From Promethearchaeota archaeon (lineage in GTDB: Archaea; Asgardarchaeota; Lokiarchaeia; Sigyniarchaeales; SOKP01), in NCBI GenBank assembly GCA_016839555.1, contig JAEOUA010000003.1, positions 288,001 to 352,000 on the forward strand: a stretch of 64,000 nucleotides of DNA, given 5' to 3'. A program made the translations under genes and the position numbers. Each line of letters opens with the position of its first letter. The stretch's first letter is position 1. Shown here one piece after another: positions 39,803 to 50,198 of this stretch. The notes below the pieces were generated by a model. That model saw only the letters and a program-made list of their open reading frames with translations. It was not told where the DNA came from and ran no database searches.

Positions 39803-41623
39803 TTATACTAATAATACATCTAAAAATTTTTCTATATAGTGAGATTGTCCCTCTTTTTTGTAATTAAAAATTATTTTTATATTAATCATTTTGGGATTAG
39901 TCCCTCTATCAGTTTTTTTTTCAAAATTATATTTTAAAATAAGATTCTGGTTTGGCTCTAATTTCATCCCTCGTTCTTCTTGATTTTCACTCGAAATGTT
40001 GAATATTTTAACAGGGTATTTAATATCTATATTTAAATTTTCGATTAAAACTCCAGAGATATTACGAATATGAATAAATAATTTTATGTCATAATCATCA
40101 GACCCTTCTAATTTTTCAGAGATCTTCCATTTCTTCAAAAATAAAAGATCTTCAACCTCAAAAGCGGATGAGGTATCAGCGGCTATAATATTATTAGATA
40201 TTATTGCATTCAAATCTCCTTTTTCTATGAGTTTTTCTATATAAGGTGTAAATTTTTCTTCATTTATATGAAATTTTTCAGATATTTCTTTAATATTAAT
40301 AGGCCCCTCTACTAATTTAGCTTCTATCCATTTTTTTACTTTTGAAAAACTAAGTTCGGGTTTTTTCTCTAACATAAAATCTAATAATAATTTTCGTTTC
40401 CTCTCCGAGTCTCTGTTATCAATGAAATCAATCTCATTTAGTATTTGATAACAATGTAAATATATATTATCTTGTAAGTTCGCTTTTAATATTGATTTTA
40501 ATTTAATGTAATTCTGTGAGTTTAAATTCTCTAATATTTTTTTAGTTAACTTAGAGATTAAAGAATTCATTAATTTCGGATTGGATAAATTTATTTTTTT
40601 GATGACATTATTTAAAGTTCTAATCATAGCATCTGAATCAGGATTAATTATTTTAAATAGGTGATAAAACCGCTCAAATTCATTTTTAATTACTGAAGTT
40701 TTCAGAATTTCTTCAATTGGATCCACATTGTCTAACTCACCGTTTTCTATGACTTGGAATAATGCATCATCAAATATTCCTTTATGATACTCTAAAATTT
40801 CTTCAATTATATCCTCTATTGCCTCTCTTACTAAATGATCTTCATAATCTAATAGATGGAGTAAATCTCTTGACAATGGTTTAATTAAATCTTTTCTATG
40901 AAGTCCCAATTTTCCAATTAAAAAGATTATATTCTCTTGAGTTGGCCATTCATTATTCAGAAGTGAATTTATTAATTTTTTAAGATCCTCAACTGTATAT
41001 GTTTTTATAAATAATCTTAATAACAAATCCAAACCTTCTTTTTTTACATCAACATCTTTTTCACTATAAAGTATTTTTAATTGTTCTTCAAAGCCTTTAA
41101 TAAAAGTTGGTTTATTAATAAGAACCTCATCTAAGAACTGGATTATTTCCATCCTTACATTCCAGGATTCGTCTGTTAAACTGGATATCAGTGCTTTAAT
41201 CATCCTTTTTTCTTTATTTGTTAGGTTATAATATAATTTTATTAAAAATCCAACAACTTTCTCTCTAATCCCTAATTCAAAATCTTCAATCTTAGATGTG
41301 AGTAAATCTATTTCTTTATAAATAGATTCCATTTCTCGATTAATTTTTTTCGAGAAAATTTTTATTGCTAAATCCTGAATCGTTTCATCATAATCATCAA
41401 TCCAAGGTTTTATCTTTTCAAGCTGTTCATCTGATAAAAATGCTCCTTTTTTTTGAAGTTCCGTGATTCCTTCTAAGATCTGTGGAAATGATGTATAATT
41501 ATCTTCATTCAGTAAAGAAACTAGGTCATTTAAGGCACTTTGAAATTCTCCTAATTCCATTTTTTTTTTAATGTCAGTTAAATCGATCTCTGTAATTTCT
41601 ATCAACTCCTTTTTAATAGTCAC
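39803..41623 (-). CDS. HEAT-repeat solenoid + PCI-like winged helix + C-terminal Ig-like beta-sandwich protein
   Basis: DESWNVR, DVDVKKE and DHLVRE HEAT turns; INIKEISEKF...LIEKGDLNAII; IKLFIHIRN...LEPNQ beta-rich tail. Confidence 0.7.
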   Translation of the reverse strand: MTIKKELIEITEIDLTDIKKKMELGEFQSALNDLVSLLNEDNYTSFPQILEGITELQKKGAFLSDEQLEKIKPWIDDYDETIQDLAIKIFSKKINREMESIYKEIDLLTSKIEDFELGIREKVVGFLIKLYYNLTNKEKRMIKALISSLTDESWNVRMEIIQFLDEVLINKPTFIKGFEEQLKILYSEKDVDVKKEGLDLLLRLFIKTYTVEDLKKLINSLLNNEWPTQENIIFLIGKLGLHRKDLIKPLSRDLLHLLDYEDHLVREAIEDIIEEILEYHKGIFDDALFQVIENGELDNVDPIEEILKTSVIKNEFERFYHLFKIINPDSDAMIRTLNNVIKKINLSNPKLMNSLISKLTKKILENLNSQNYIKLKSILKANLQDNIYLHCYQILNEIDFIDNRDSERKRKLLLDFMLEKKPELSFSKVKKWIEAKLVEGPINIKEISEKFHINEEKFTPYIEKLIEKGDLNAIISNNIIAADTSSAFEVEDLLFLKKWKISEKLEGSDDYDIKLFIHIRNISGVLIENLNIDIKYPVKIFNISSENQEERGMKLEPNQNLILKYNFEKKTDRGTNPKMINIKIIFNYKKEGQSHYIEKFLDVLLV

Positions 41624-41742
41624 TTTTCTTTATTTTTTCTTAAAACAATTTAGAATTGTTTTATTTTTTATAGAATTTATATTAATTATTGTTTTTCTAT
41701 AAAGAATAAAAAATTCGAAAATTAAATTTTTCCTATTTTGTT

Positions 41743-42438
41743 TTATTTTTTATTTTTTTCATAGCCACATTTAGGGCATATAAGTTTTCCAAACCCTATA
41801 CGATATCCTTCTAATTCTTTCATAAAAGAACCACATATGGGACATTTTGGAGCATAATTGGGAAACCATTGACCTTTTACATTCGGTTGTTCTTTTAAAA
41901 AGTTAGAAAAGCGAATTCTTTCAAGAAATTTATCAGCAATATTAAAGTCCTTGCTCTCTTCAGCAATAGATTTTCCTTGAGCATATAATAATGTCAGAAA
42001 TGAAATATTATTTGGATTATTGAGTAATGAAAGTGTTTTAATGATACTTTCTTTTTTATGAATTGAAAATAATTTAACTAATTCTAATGGTGCTAACGCA
42101 ACCAAAACAGCCATTATTTTATCATTTTTTTTGACTTTCTGAAAAAGAAACTGATACATTCTCCTTTGTTTATCTTGTGCCCACAGGAAATTCCAGTTTT
42201 GAATTGTATAATCTTTGTTATGGGGATCAATGATTCTTTTAATTGTTTTGTAAAAAGTATAGTGGGAATATTCCTTAATATTTATATTAAGATCAGTGAA
42301 AAAATTTGATCCTATAATTGGATACTTATCAAATATATTCAGAATAGACATCAAGCGTACCTTAGAAAGAGTTTCTGTCTGTAATCTATCCCACGGTGTA
42401 TATGTTAAGAGATTCCAATATAAGGTTTGATTTTTCAT
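41743..42438 (-). CDS. Hypothetical protein with a C-terminal Zn ribbon
   Basis: CPICG...CPKCG. Confidence 0.7.
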   Translation of the reverse strand: MKNQTLYWNLLTYTPWDRLQTETLSKVRLMSILNIFDKYPIIGSNFFTDLNINIKEYSHYTFYKTIKRIIDPHNKDYTIQNWNFLWAQDKQRRMYQFLFQKVKKNDKIMAVLVALAPLELVKLFSIHKKESIIKTLSLLNNPNNISFLTLLYAQGKSIAEESKDFNIADKFLERIRFSNFLKEQPNVKGQWFPNYAPKCPICGSFMKELEGYRIGFGKLICPKCGYEKNKK

Positions 42439-42533
42439 TTTTTTGTTTTACAATCAATTATAATAATATTTTAAATTAGATGATCAGTAAAAAATCACAT
42501 TCTCAAGTTCATTTTCTATTTTAAAAATCTCAT

Positions 42534-42947
42534 TTATAACTTATCCAATGATGATATCAATTTATATTGATCTAATGATAATTTATCTTTAACAACCTCA
42601 AAAAGCTCTAAAAGTACATTATCAGGAGCTGCTGCCATAATATATTTCATAGGACCAAAACTCTTAATTTTCTTTATAAATTGAAAGCCCTTACTCTTCA
42701 TATGTTCTACGAGAGCTTCTAAATCATCAGTTTCAATTCCTAAATGATGTATAGCCCCTCGCCCTTGATCTTTAGGTGGTTGATCAAAGAAATTAATTCT
42801 TGATGAACCAATCCGTATCATTACATTTCGCGCTCCTGCCATTTCCAAATCGAATAAAATTTTAGCCCCAAACATTTCTTTGTAAAAATTGATGCTTTCA
42901 TCAAGATTGGAAGCAAATAAATGAGCATGGTGTAGTGAATTTCTCAT
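42534..42947 (-). CDS. VOC/glyoxalase family protein
   Basis: LHHAHL..SN...SINFY, IHHLGI and APD.VLLELFE motifs. Confidence 0.9.
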   Translation of the reverse strand: MRNSLHHAHLFASNLDESINFYKEMFGAKILFDLEMAGARNVMIRIGSSRINFFDQPPKDQGRGAIHHLGIETDDLEALVEHMKSKGFQFIKKIKSFGPMKYIMAAAPDNVLLELFEVVKDKLSLDQYKLISSLDKL

Positions 42948-43148
42948 AATTTCCTCACATTTAATTATAAATTCTAAATATTCTTATTTTAAATAAATTA
43001 ATAATTTTTTTACAATCAATTAAGTATTATCTTAAATAAAAAAGGCTTCGATAGTGGGATAGGGAACTTTTTTCATTAAATAAAATATTTTTTAAATCTA
43101 AAAAGAATATTTAATTCTTTTTGTAAATTTTATAAATAAGACCCTATT

Positions 43149-44297
43149 ATGGATTTTTTATGGGATACTAAGGCGGACAGAATTACAAAAGGAGATAACT
43201 TGCGGGAGATTATACCAATTGAAATAAAAGAAAATCAAAAAGGATACACCCACTATATTTTTGATAAAAAACTATTTAACAATCCTTTTTATGATATTCC
43301 GGATGATAAATTTATGCTTTTTAAAAGTTTTTTAAATGGTGGTTCAAGATCATATCCTTCTGATGGAAATATTCCTTGCGATGTTATCGCGAGGGAGGCA
43401 AGAAAAGTTCTCAATAAAATTAAGGATTATGCTAAAAATCCCAATTCTAGATACTATGAAAAAGCAAATGATGCATTAAAACATGGCAAAAAAAGCTTAG
43501 TAAGAGGAACTTTAAAATTATATTTAGGAAAATATACTACCAGAGATTGGCGCAGAAAACGGTTTACAGATGATATCGACTTCTGGATCTTTCATTTTGA
43601 CATGTTAGAAGCCGCTTTAAATGATTGCGGATTTATAAAGAATAAACTTACTAAAGAATGGGAAAAAAGAATTTCCTGGTATAATAAAAAAACTGGGGAA
43701 ACTCATCATGATATTTTATATGCTGCCAACAATATTAATCAAATATTAGATTTTGGTTCGGGGAGCTATTTAATAGGAGCTAGCTTGAGTGATATAGTTC
43801 ATAAAAAAATTAAACGAGGGCATGATGTTGATATCTCCGATTTAATTAATATTGCAATGATTCAGAACCATCAGAAATTAGATTCACGAGAAGAATGGGC
43901 TGAAGCTTGGAATGCATTTGAAGAAGAAGCGAATACAAGAAATAAAAGAACCATCTCGAATATGATAAGTTTATGTCGTTATGCTTATGCTGTTGCAGAT
44001 CACTTAGAGAATGTTAGCAATGCGATTCAGCAATATCACGATTTAATTTATGATGATTTGGAATATCCCGAAGATATGATACAAGAGATTTGTAAAAATA
44101 TTTCAATTCATTGGGAAAATTATTTGGAAGTCCATGGAACAAACGCTACTAGAGAGATGATACACGAATTCTTACTTGAGCAACAAAAGGAGAGACCAGA
44201 ACTCGCTAATAATTTAAGGCAGTTTGCTCAGAGAATATTAACCTTAATAAATTCTAGATTTACTCATCAAAAAGTAGTTTTTAAAATTAAAAAGTAA
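43149..44297 (+). CDS. Hypothetical protein with nucleotidyltransferase (AbiEii/DUF1814-like) motifs
   Basis: VRGTLKLY...RFTDDIDF and KIKRGHDVDISDL motifs. Confidence 0.5.
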   Translation: MDFLWDTKADRITKGDNLREIIPIEIKENQKGYTHYIFDKKLFNNPFYDIPDDKFMLFKSFLNGGSRSYPSDGNIPCDVIAREARKVLNKIKDYAKNPNSRYYEKANDALKHGKKSLVRGTLKLYLGKYTTRDWRRKRFTDDIDFWIFHFDMLEAALNDCGFIKNKLTKEWEKRISWYNKKTGETHHDILYAANNINQILDFGSGSYLIGASLSDIVHKKIKRGHDVDISDLINIAMIQNHQKLDSREEWAEAWNAFEEEANTRNKRTISNMISLCRYAYAVADHLENVSNAIQQYHDLIYDDLEYPEDMIQEICKNISIHWENYLEVHGTNATREMIHEFLLEQQKERPELANNLRQFAQRILTLINSRFTHQKVVFKIKK

Positions 44298-44525
44298 AAA
44301 TCAGATTCTTAATTTAATCATATTTTCACCTTATCAAATTTTTTAGTGATCATTATAATATGCTAATAATATTTAGATAATATGCTGATATATAGGAATA
44401 TTCTTGAAACACACCTTTCACGAATAAAAGGTTTAAGGTATAAAAAATTGATTTATATTTTAATAAGCATTCTATCAATTCAATTATTAAATTAATAAAA
44501 TAATCAAAATAGATAGGTTAAAAAA

Positions 44526-45173
44526 ATGGTGTTACTATTTCCAGATGCAACCCAAAAAGCTCTTAGTATCCTCAGGAGCGGTCAAAATTTCAATTTTTAT
44601 GTTATTTTTCTCTTAGTGGCAGTTTTATATATCTATTTTAATGAAATACACAATAAAAACTGGAATGGTATCGCTTCTGGATTGATGTTATATATGATAC
44701 ATTGGTTTGTCGAAATTATAAATGCTGTTATTCAATTCTTTTCTGGATATGCCTTATGGACGATTCCAACCGGTACCGCTTATCTAATTCTAATAGGGTT
44801 AGGAATTGAATTAAATCTAATGTTCTCTATCGCAGGATTGGCTCAGAGTAAATTATTGCCCGAGGATCCCAAGGAAAAAATATTTGGGATTCCTAAACCA
44901 CTCTTGATTGGCATTGCTAATGCTGCATTTGCTTCTATCATTGAAATTTTCTTGATAATGACACCTACTTTTGTGTGGGTCTATTGGTGGTGGAATGCGA
45001 TTACTGTCTTTATTTTTGTCTACATACCTTTTTTCGTAGGGGCAGCATATGCATATTATTGGGAGAAAGATAAACAAAAGAAGATCATTGGATCACTTGC
45101 ATTAATAAATGTCATACTATTAGTTATTTTCACTGTAATTTTGCCTTTAATTTTAGGAAGAGTAGTTATCTAA
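44526..45173 (+). CDS. Hypothetical multi-pass membrane protein
   Basis: About 6 hydrophobic segments; conserved-looking HWFVEIINA and GIE motifs. Confidence 0.75.
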   Translation: MVLLFPDATQKALSILRSGQNFNFYVIFLLVAVLYIYFNEIHNKNWNGIASGLMLYMIHWFVEIINAVIQFFSGYALWTIPTGTAYLILIGLGIELNLMFSIAGLAQSKLLPEDPKEKIFGIPKPLLIGIANAAFASIIEIFLIMTPTFVWVYWWWNAITVFIFVYIPFFVGAAYAYYWEKDKQKKIIGSLALINVILLVIFTVILPLILGRVVI

Positions 45174-45332
45174 AATTTTCTATTTTTTATTTCTTTTAAT
45201 TTATTTATTCTTTCGCTAAATTCAAAGAAAAAGAAAGCTAGTTAGGATTAATTTCTATATTCTATAAAATTAATATTTTTTAGTATAAATAGAGTTTAAT
45301 ATCTTAATAATGAAGGAATTTTGGTGATAAAT

Positions 45333-46160
45333 TTGGAATTAACTATTAATTCAAAGGTCGAATTAAACAATGGAGTATCCATACCTCGTTTAGGATTTGG
45401 AACTTGGAAATTAAAAGGAGAGATGGCTTATAACCCAGTAAGATGGGCATTAGAAATTGGATATCGATCTATCGATACTGCCAAATTATACGGAAATGAA
45501 ACCTATGTGGGGAAGGCAATCCATGATAGTAAAGTATCAAGAGAGCAACTTTTCATCACCACGAAGGTATGGGATTCGGATTTAGGATATCAAAAAACTC
45601 TAAAAGCTTTTGATACGAGTCTTAGCAAGTTAAAATTAGATTATATCGATTTATACTTAATACATTGGCCCCGTAAACTCCGAAATGAATCATGGAAAGC
45701 AATGGTAGAATTATATGAACAAGGAAGAGTAAAAGCTATTGGAGTAGCAAATTTCGCAATTAAACATCTAAAAGAATTTTTGAATAAATCAGAAATTATT
45801 CCCGCCATAAATCAGTTCGAATTGCATCCGTTGTTATTTTCGCAACAAATAAAGCTAATAGAATTCTGCAAAAACAATGAGATCCAAATAGAGGCATATA
45901 GCCCATTAACACATGGAAAAAAATTAAACAATCCAAAAATCAAATCTATAGCACAAAAATATGATAAAAGCCCAGCTCAAATTTTGATTCGCTGGAGTTT
46001 ACAGCACGATTTTGTAGTCATTCCAAAATCAGGCAAAAAAGATCATATAAAGGAAAATGCAGAAGTTTTTGATTTTAAAATTTCTGAAAAAGATATGAAA
46101 GAGCTTGATTCTTTGAAAGAGCGGTTTCGATTATTATATAATACAAGTACTTGGGATTAA
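45333..46160 (+). CDS. Aldo/keto reductase (AKR5-like), copy 1
   Basis: GFGTW, DTAKLYGNE, TTKVW, LIHWP and IPKS; GGTGA SD before TTG 45333. Confidence 0.93.
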   Translation: MELTINSKVELNNGVSIPRLGFGTWKLKGEMAYNPVRWALEIGYRSIDTAKLYGNETYVGKAIHDSKVSREQLFITTKVWDSDLGYQKTLKAFDTSLSKLKLDYIDLYLIHWPRKLRNESWKAMVELYEQGRVKAIGVANFAIKHLKEFLNKSEIIPAINQFELHPLLFSQQIKLIEFCKNNEIQIEAYSPLTHGKKLNNPKIKSIAQKYDKSPAQILIRWSLQHDFVVIPKSGKKDHIKENAEVFDFKISEKDMKELDSLKERFRLLYNTSTWD

Positions 46161-46225
46161 ATTAAAATTAGGTTAAACCTTAATGAGATATTAATTTAGG
46201 AATAAAAAATAAAATATGATTAAAA

Positions 46226-47050
46226 ATGAATTCAACTAGAACCTTAACTTATACGCTTAATAATAATATAAAAATCCCAAGGATAGGTTTTGGAACGTGG
46301 GCTTTAAACGGTAAAGTTGCGATCGAAGCAGTCAAATGGGCTCTCCAAGAGGGGTATAGATTAATAGATACTGCATCTTTTTATGGGAATGAGGCTGAAA
46401 TTGGAAGAGCGATAAAGGAAAGTTCTATACCAAGAGAGGATTTATTCATTACCACAAAAGTATGGGATACAGAACAAGGATATGATGAAACATTTAAAGC
46501 TTTTGAAAGAAGTGTAATTAACTTACAAATGGATTACATTGATTTATATTTAATTCATTGGCCAAGAGCAAAGCGTTTAAAAACTTGGAAAGCAATGGAA
46601 GAGTTATATGAACAAGGAAGTGCAAAAAGCATTGGAGTAAGTAATTTTACTCCCGATCATCTAAAAGAATTATTAGCAAATTCTACGATTACTCCAGTTA
46701 TTAATCAAGTTGAATTTACTCCTTTTCTTTATCAAAAAGAATTATTGGACTTTTGTACAAAACATAAGATTAAAATAGAAGCATATTCTCCCCTTACAAA
46801 AGCTAAAAAACTCAATAATCAAATCTTGCAAGAAATTAGTAATAAGTATAATAAAACCCCAGCTCAAATTTTAATTCGGTGGGGATTAGAACATAATTTA
46901 ATTGAAATCCCAAGATCAAAAAATAAAACACATATCTCTGAAAATATTAATGTTTTTGATTTCAGTATTAATAAAGAAGATATGAAAAAGCTTGATAATT
47001 TTAATGAGAATTTTCGAAATGTAAAAGATATTGTATTTTCATCGGGTTAA
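46226..47050 (+). CDS. Aldo/keto reductase (AKR5-like), copy 2
   Basis: GFGTW, DTASFYGNE, TTKVW, LIHWP and IPRS motifs. Confidence 0.93.
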   Translation: MNSTRTLTYTLNNNIKIPRIGFGTWALNGKVAIEAVKWALQEGYRLIDTASFYGNEAEIGRAIKESSIPREDLFITTKVWDTEQGYDETFKAFERSVINLQMDYIDLYLIHWPRAKRLKTWKAMEELYEQGSAKSIGVSNFTPDHLKELLANSTITPVINQVEFTPFLYQKELLDFCTKHKIKIEAYSPLTKAKKLNNQILQEISNKYNKTPAQILIRWGLEHNLIEIPRSKNKTHISENINVFDFSINKEDMKKLDNFNENFRNVKDIVFSSG

Positions 47051-47155
47051 ATCTTTTTCATCTTATTTAATATTTACATCTCTTCAACTTTTTAAAAATA
47101 AAATAATAAAAATTTAAATTAATTAATCATTAGTTAATTCTTAGAGGTGAATAAT

Positions 47156-47650
47156 ATGAGTCAACAAAAAACTGAAGGAGAATGGGAATCAAAAAATAAG
47201 TTCGTTATTACTCTCGGTACATGGGCGTGGTTATTTAGTCTAGCGAACGGTATAGTATATCTTATATGGGGAATAGTTATTATATTTGTCCAGACTAGGG
47301 TAACATCACAGGTCCCCTTTGATATCTTTTCTATTTTTCAACCTGTAAGAGTAGCATGGTATTCAAGTCGCGGAATCGGATTTTATTATCTTATCGGAGG
47401 GGCGATTAATATAGTATTTTCAATAGCCATAATAAAATTTAGATTTTCAGACAAAATAAAAGCTCGAGATTGGGATTTTCTCTATGAAAAAGATATTCTC
47501 AAATTAGGCAGTGTGAGATTCCCACTAATGCTTCTATGGGGTATTCTTTTAGCCGTATTTGGATGGGGATGGGGAGGAGCGCTTGTATTGATTGTTGCAT
47601 TTTGGTTGATCTTTGCGGGACCAAGAGAATACCAATGGAAGGAAAGTTAA
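47156..47650 (+). CDS. Hypothetical membrane protein
   Basis: GAGGTGA SD + ATG 47156; hydrophobic segments with GWGWGG. Confidence 0.75.
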   Translation: MSQQKTEGEWESKNKFVITLGTWAWLFSLANGIVYLIWGIVIIFVQTRVTSQVPFDIFSIFQPVRVAWYSSRGIGFYYLIGGAINIVFSIAIIKFRFSDKIKARDWDFLYEKDILKLGSVRFPLMLLWGILLAVFGWGWGGALVLIVAFWLIFAGPREYQWKES

Positions 47651-47718
47651 ATAAATTATTAATATCTACTTTTTTTTCTATATTATTATTTATTTTTTTT
47701 TTGAATACGAAAAAACAA

Positions 47719-48594
47719 CTATAACATTAAAGATATAGCTAATAAAAACGCGCCATATATCTCGTTTAAAGCTCCCACTCTAGAAGTATCGATTACAATC
47801 TTTTCTAATCCCATATAAATTGCTCCATATGCTTTTCCCCCTCCTAAATGCACTAAAGTTCTATAAATTAAATTACCTGATATTCCGTCGGGAGCAATTA
47901 TTAAATTAGCATTATTGTCAATGGCTTTTTCTATTAATATTTCATCATGTGATATTCTAATACTAGGAAAAATCCCTCGAATTAATTTTATTATTTCTTT
48001 AGCTTGATTTATTGTCTTATCCACCCGCTCATCTCTTCCAATATCGCTCGTTCTTCCTCCGCTTAAAATGCTTACCTTTGGACTGATCTCTAATGCGTGT
48101 AATTGATTCACCGCAGCTTCTATAAAATTCATTTTTGACCTTAAATCATTACATTCATCAATACCTACTGGCCCATAGAAGAATTGATATCCACTATTGG
48201 TTTCAAGTAAGGCTAAGCGATTAATAACTGGCACATGTAATTTTTCTACTACTAAGGGTAAAAATTCGGAGGAACTAATGCCTCCTCTGACTATAGCATT
48301 TAATGTATTTGTATTTAAGTAATTAAATAAGTCTATGGCAGGATTTTGAGTATTTATTAATTTAATTTTCCTTCTGTATTTTGAATAACTTGAATTTACA
48401 GAGATACGATCTATATATTCCTCTTCTCCAAAGAAATAGATTTGAATATCCTCGTTTTTCTCAAATTGATTTAGAAATTTTATTGCAGCATATAGGATCT
48501 TTTTGTTTTGAAATTCTGAACTATTACTTAACCCTATACCTATTTTTGCTGTTGAAATTTCCGTTTCTCTTATAATTTGGTTTATTATACTCAT
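47719..48594 (-). CDS. mtxX: MtxX / methanogenesis marker protein 4 family (phosphotransacetylase-like fold)
   Basis: IVRG, PVGIDE, LSGGR..DIGR, ILIEKA, APDGISGNLIYRTL and DTSR motifs. Confidence 0.85.
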   Translation of the reverse strand: MSIINQIIRETEISTAKIGIGLSNSSEFQNKKILYAAIKFLNQFEKNEDIQIYFFGEEEYIDRISVNSSYSKYRRKIKLINTQNPAIDLFNYLNTNTLNAIVRGGISSSEFLPLVVEKLHVPVINRLALLETNSGYQFFYGPVGIDECNDLRSKMNFIEAAVNQLHALEISPKVSILSGGRTSDIGRDERVDKTINQAKEIIKLIRGIFPSIRISHDEILIEKAIDNNANLIIAPDGISGNLIYRTLVHLGGGKAYGAIYMGLEKIVIDTSRVGALNEIYGAFLLAISLML

Positions 48595-48860
48595 TTTTAG
48601 ATATATATACCTTCTTTAAACGAGTTTTTTATTACGTATGTATATAATAAATTTTTATTATTATTAAATGATATAAAAACCAGAAGTTTTATTGGTAATA
48701 GACTTTTATTTTTAAATTTAAGTCTTAAACTAAAATTACTAATATTTTGGATAAGATACAATAATTTTTTTAAGATTTATTATTATTTGAATTTAAATCA
48801 AAAAAAACTTTTATGATCTTATTTATAATTTAAAATAATAGATTAGTTTAAAGATTCATA

Positions 48861-50129
48861 ATGAATATTGAAAAGAAAAACGGGATTTATGAATTTAAAT
48901 CAAAACTTATTGATAAAAATTTATACAAACCAAAAAAGAAAAATTACTTTTATTGGATTGATATAAATAGAGGTTTTTCCATTATATGTTTAGTCTTGAC
49001 TCATTCTGGATTTGCGGCCCATCTTAGTAGATTAACTTATCCTAATTTCTATATTTTTGATTTATTTCATTATCTTGTTATTCCTATATTTATATTTTTA
49101 TCTGGATATGCGATGGCAATTAATTATCCTCAAATCGATAATTATAAAGTATACTTAAAAAAAAAATTAAAATATATTGTACCAAATTATCTTATATGGG
49201 GTTTTATTACCGTATTTTTTACCTTTTGCTGGAGTTATATAAATAATAATCAAATAGGCAAATTATTCAATATTAAAGAGATTCTATTTTTATTAATTAA
49301 TAGTTTCTTTTTAGTTATTACCGGAGTTGTGAATGTAATATATTTTGTCTTTTTTATAATTCAATTTTATATAATATATCCTATACTATTAAAAATCATG
49401 AATAAATTCAAAAAACCTCAATTTTTCTATTTTGTTAGTCTTCTAATTATAATATTTTTAATTTATTTTCTTGAAAGATATTTTGGAATTTTTAATTTCA
49501 CTAAATTTAATTTTACTATCCAATTTGATTCAGAGCATACATTTGATGTTTATCCTTTTTGTGGTATATTTTTTGCTCCAAATTCTTTGATATTCCTTTC
49601 TGTTTTTATCTTAGGTATGGTTTGTGGAAAGAATAAAAAAATTTTATCCACAATTAAACATAATAAATTAATTATAATCTTTTTATTAGTCATATTCTCA
49701 CTATATCTATTTCTTGGTCCTTGTGTAAATCATCTTTTTTCAGCCCCAATAGTACTAGTTATTGTTTCTTTTTTTTATAAAATGACCCTAAAATCAAATA
49801 CTAATATTAATGAGAAAAAAAATATAAAAAATAATTTGAAAACAAATCAAAATAATTTAAATTTAAAAATTGAATTTGTTAAAGAAAAAAGTAAAAATGT
49901 TTTATGGAAATTAGGAATTAACTCAGCAGGTATATATTATGTTCATTCTCTATTTGCTCCAATAATACAAATAACAACTTTTTTTATAGGTAATTTAACA
50001 GGTTATTTACTCCCTATTCTTGTATTAACTAGTATTGGTCTAACTATTCTATTATTAGTTTTAAGTAATCTTTTAGTGAATTTTATAAAGAAAAAAGTAG
50101 ATAGATCAAGATATATTATAGGAAGTTAA
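48861..50129 (+). CDS. Acyltransferase family 3 (membrane O-acyltransferase)
   Basis: ID..RG.....V..H, FIFLSGY, IQFYIIYP and LG..S.GIY.VH motifs; multiple TM segments. Confidence 0.85.
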   Translation: MNIEKKNGIYEFKSKLIDKNLYKPKKKNYFYWIDINRGFSIICLVLTHSGFAAHLSRLTYPNFYIFDLFHYLVIPIFIFLSGYAMAINYPQIDNYKVYLKKKLKYIVPNYLIWGFITVFFTFCWSYINNNQIGKLFNIKEILFLLINSFFLVITGVVNVIYFVFFIIQFYIIYPILLKIMNKFKKPQFFYFVSLLIIIFLIYFLERYFGIFNFTKFNFTIQFDSEHTFDVYPFCGIFFAPNSLIFLSVFILGMVCGKNKKILSTIKHNKLIIIFLLVIFSLYLFLGPCVNHLFSAPIVLVIVSFFYKMTLKSNTNINEKKNIKNNLKTNQNNLNLKIEFVKEKSKNVLWKLGINSAGIYYVHSLFAPIIQITTFFIGNLTGYLLPILVLTSIGLTILLLVLSNLLVNFIKKKVDRSRYIIGS

Positions 50130-50198
50130 AAAGTTTGGTGATTTTAATTTTATAATAATCTTATATTCATTCTTAATTAATATTTAAAAACAATAATA

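Noticed and set aside
47719-48594. Evidence for methanogenesis
   Set aside because: A single marker gene; no mcr or mtr genes in the window
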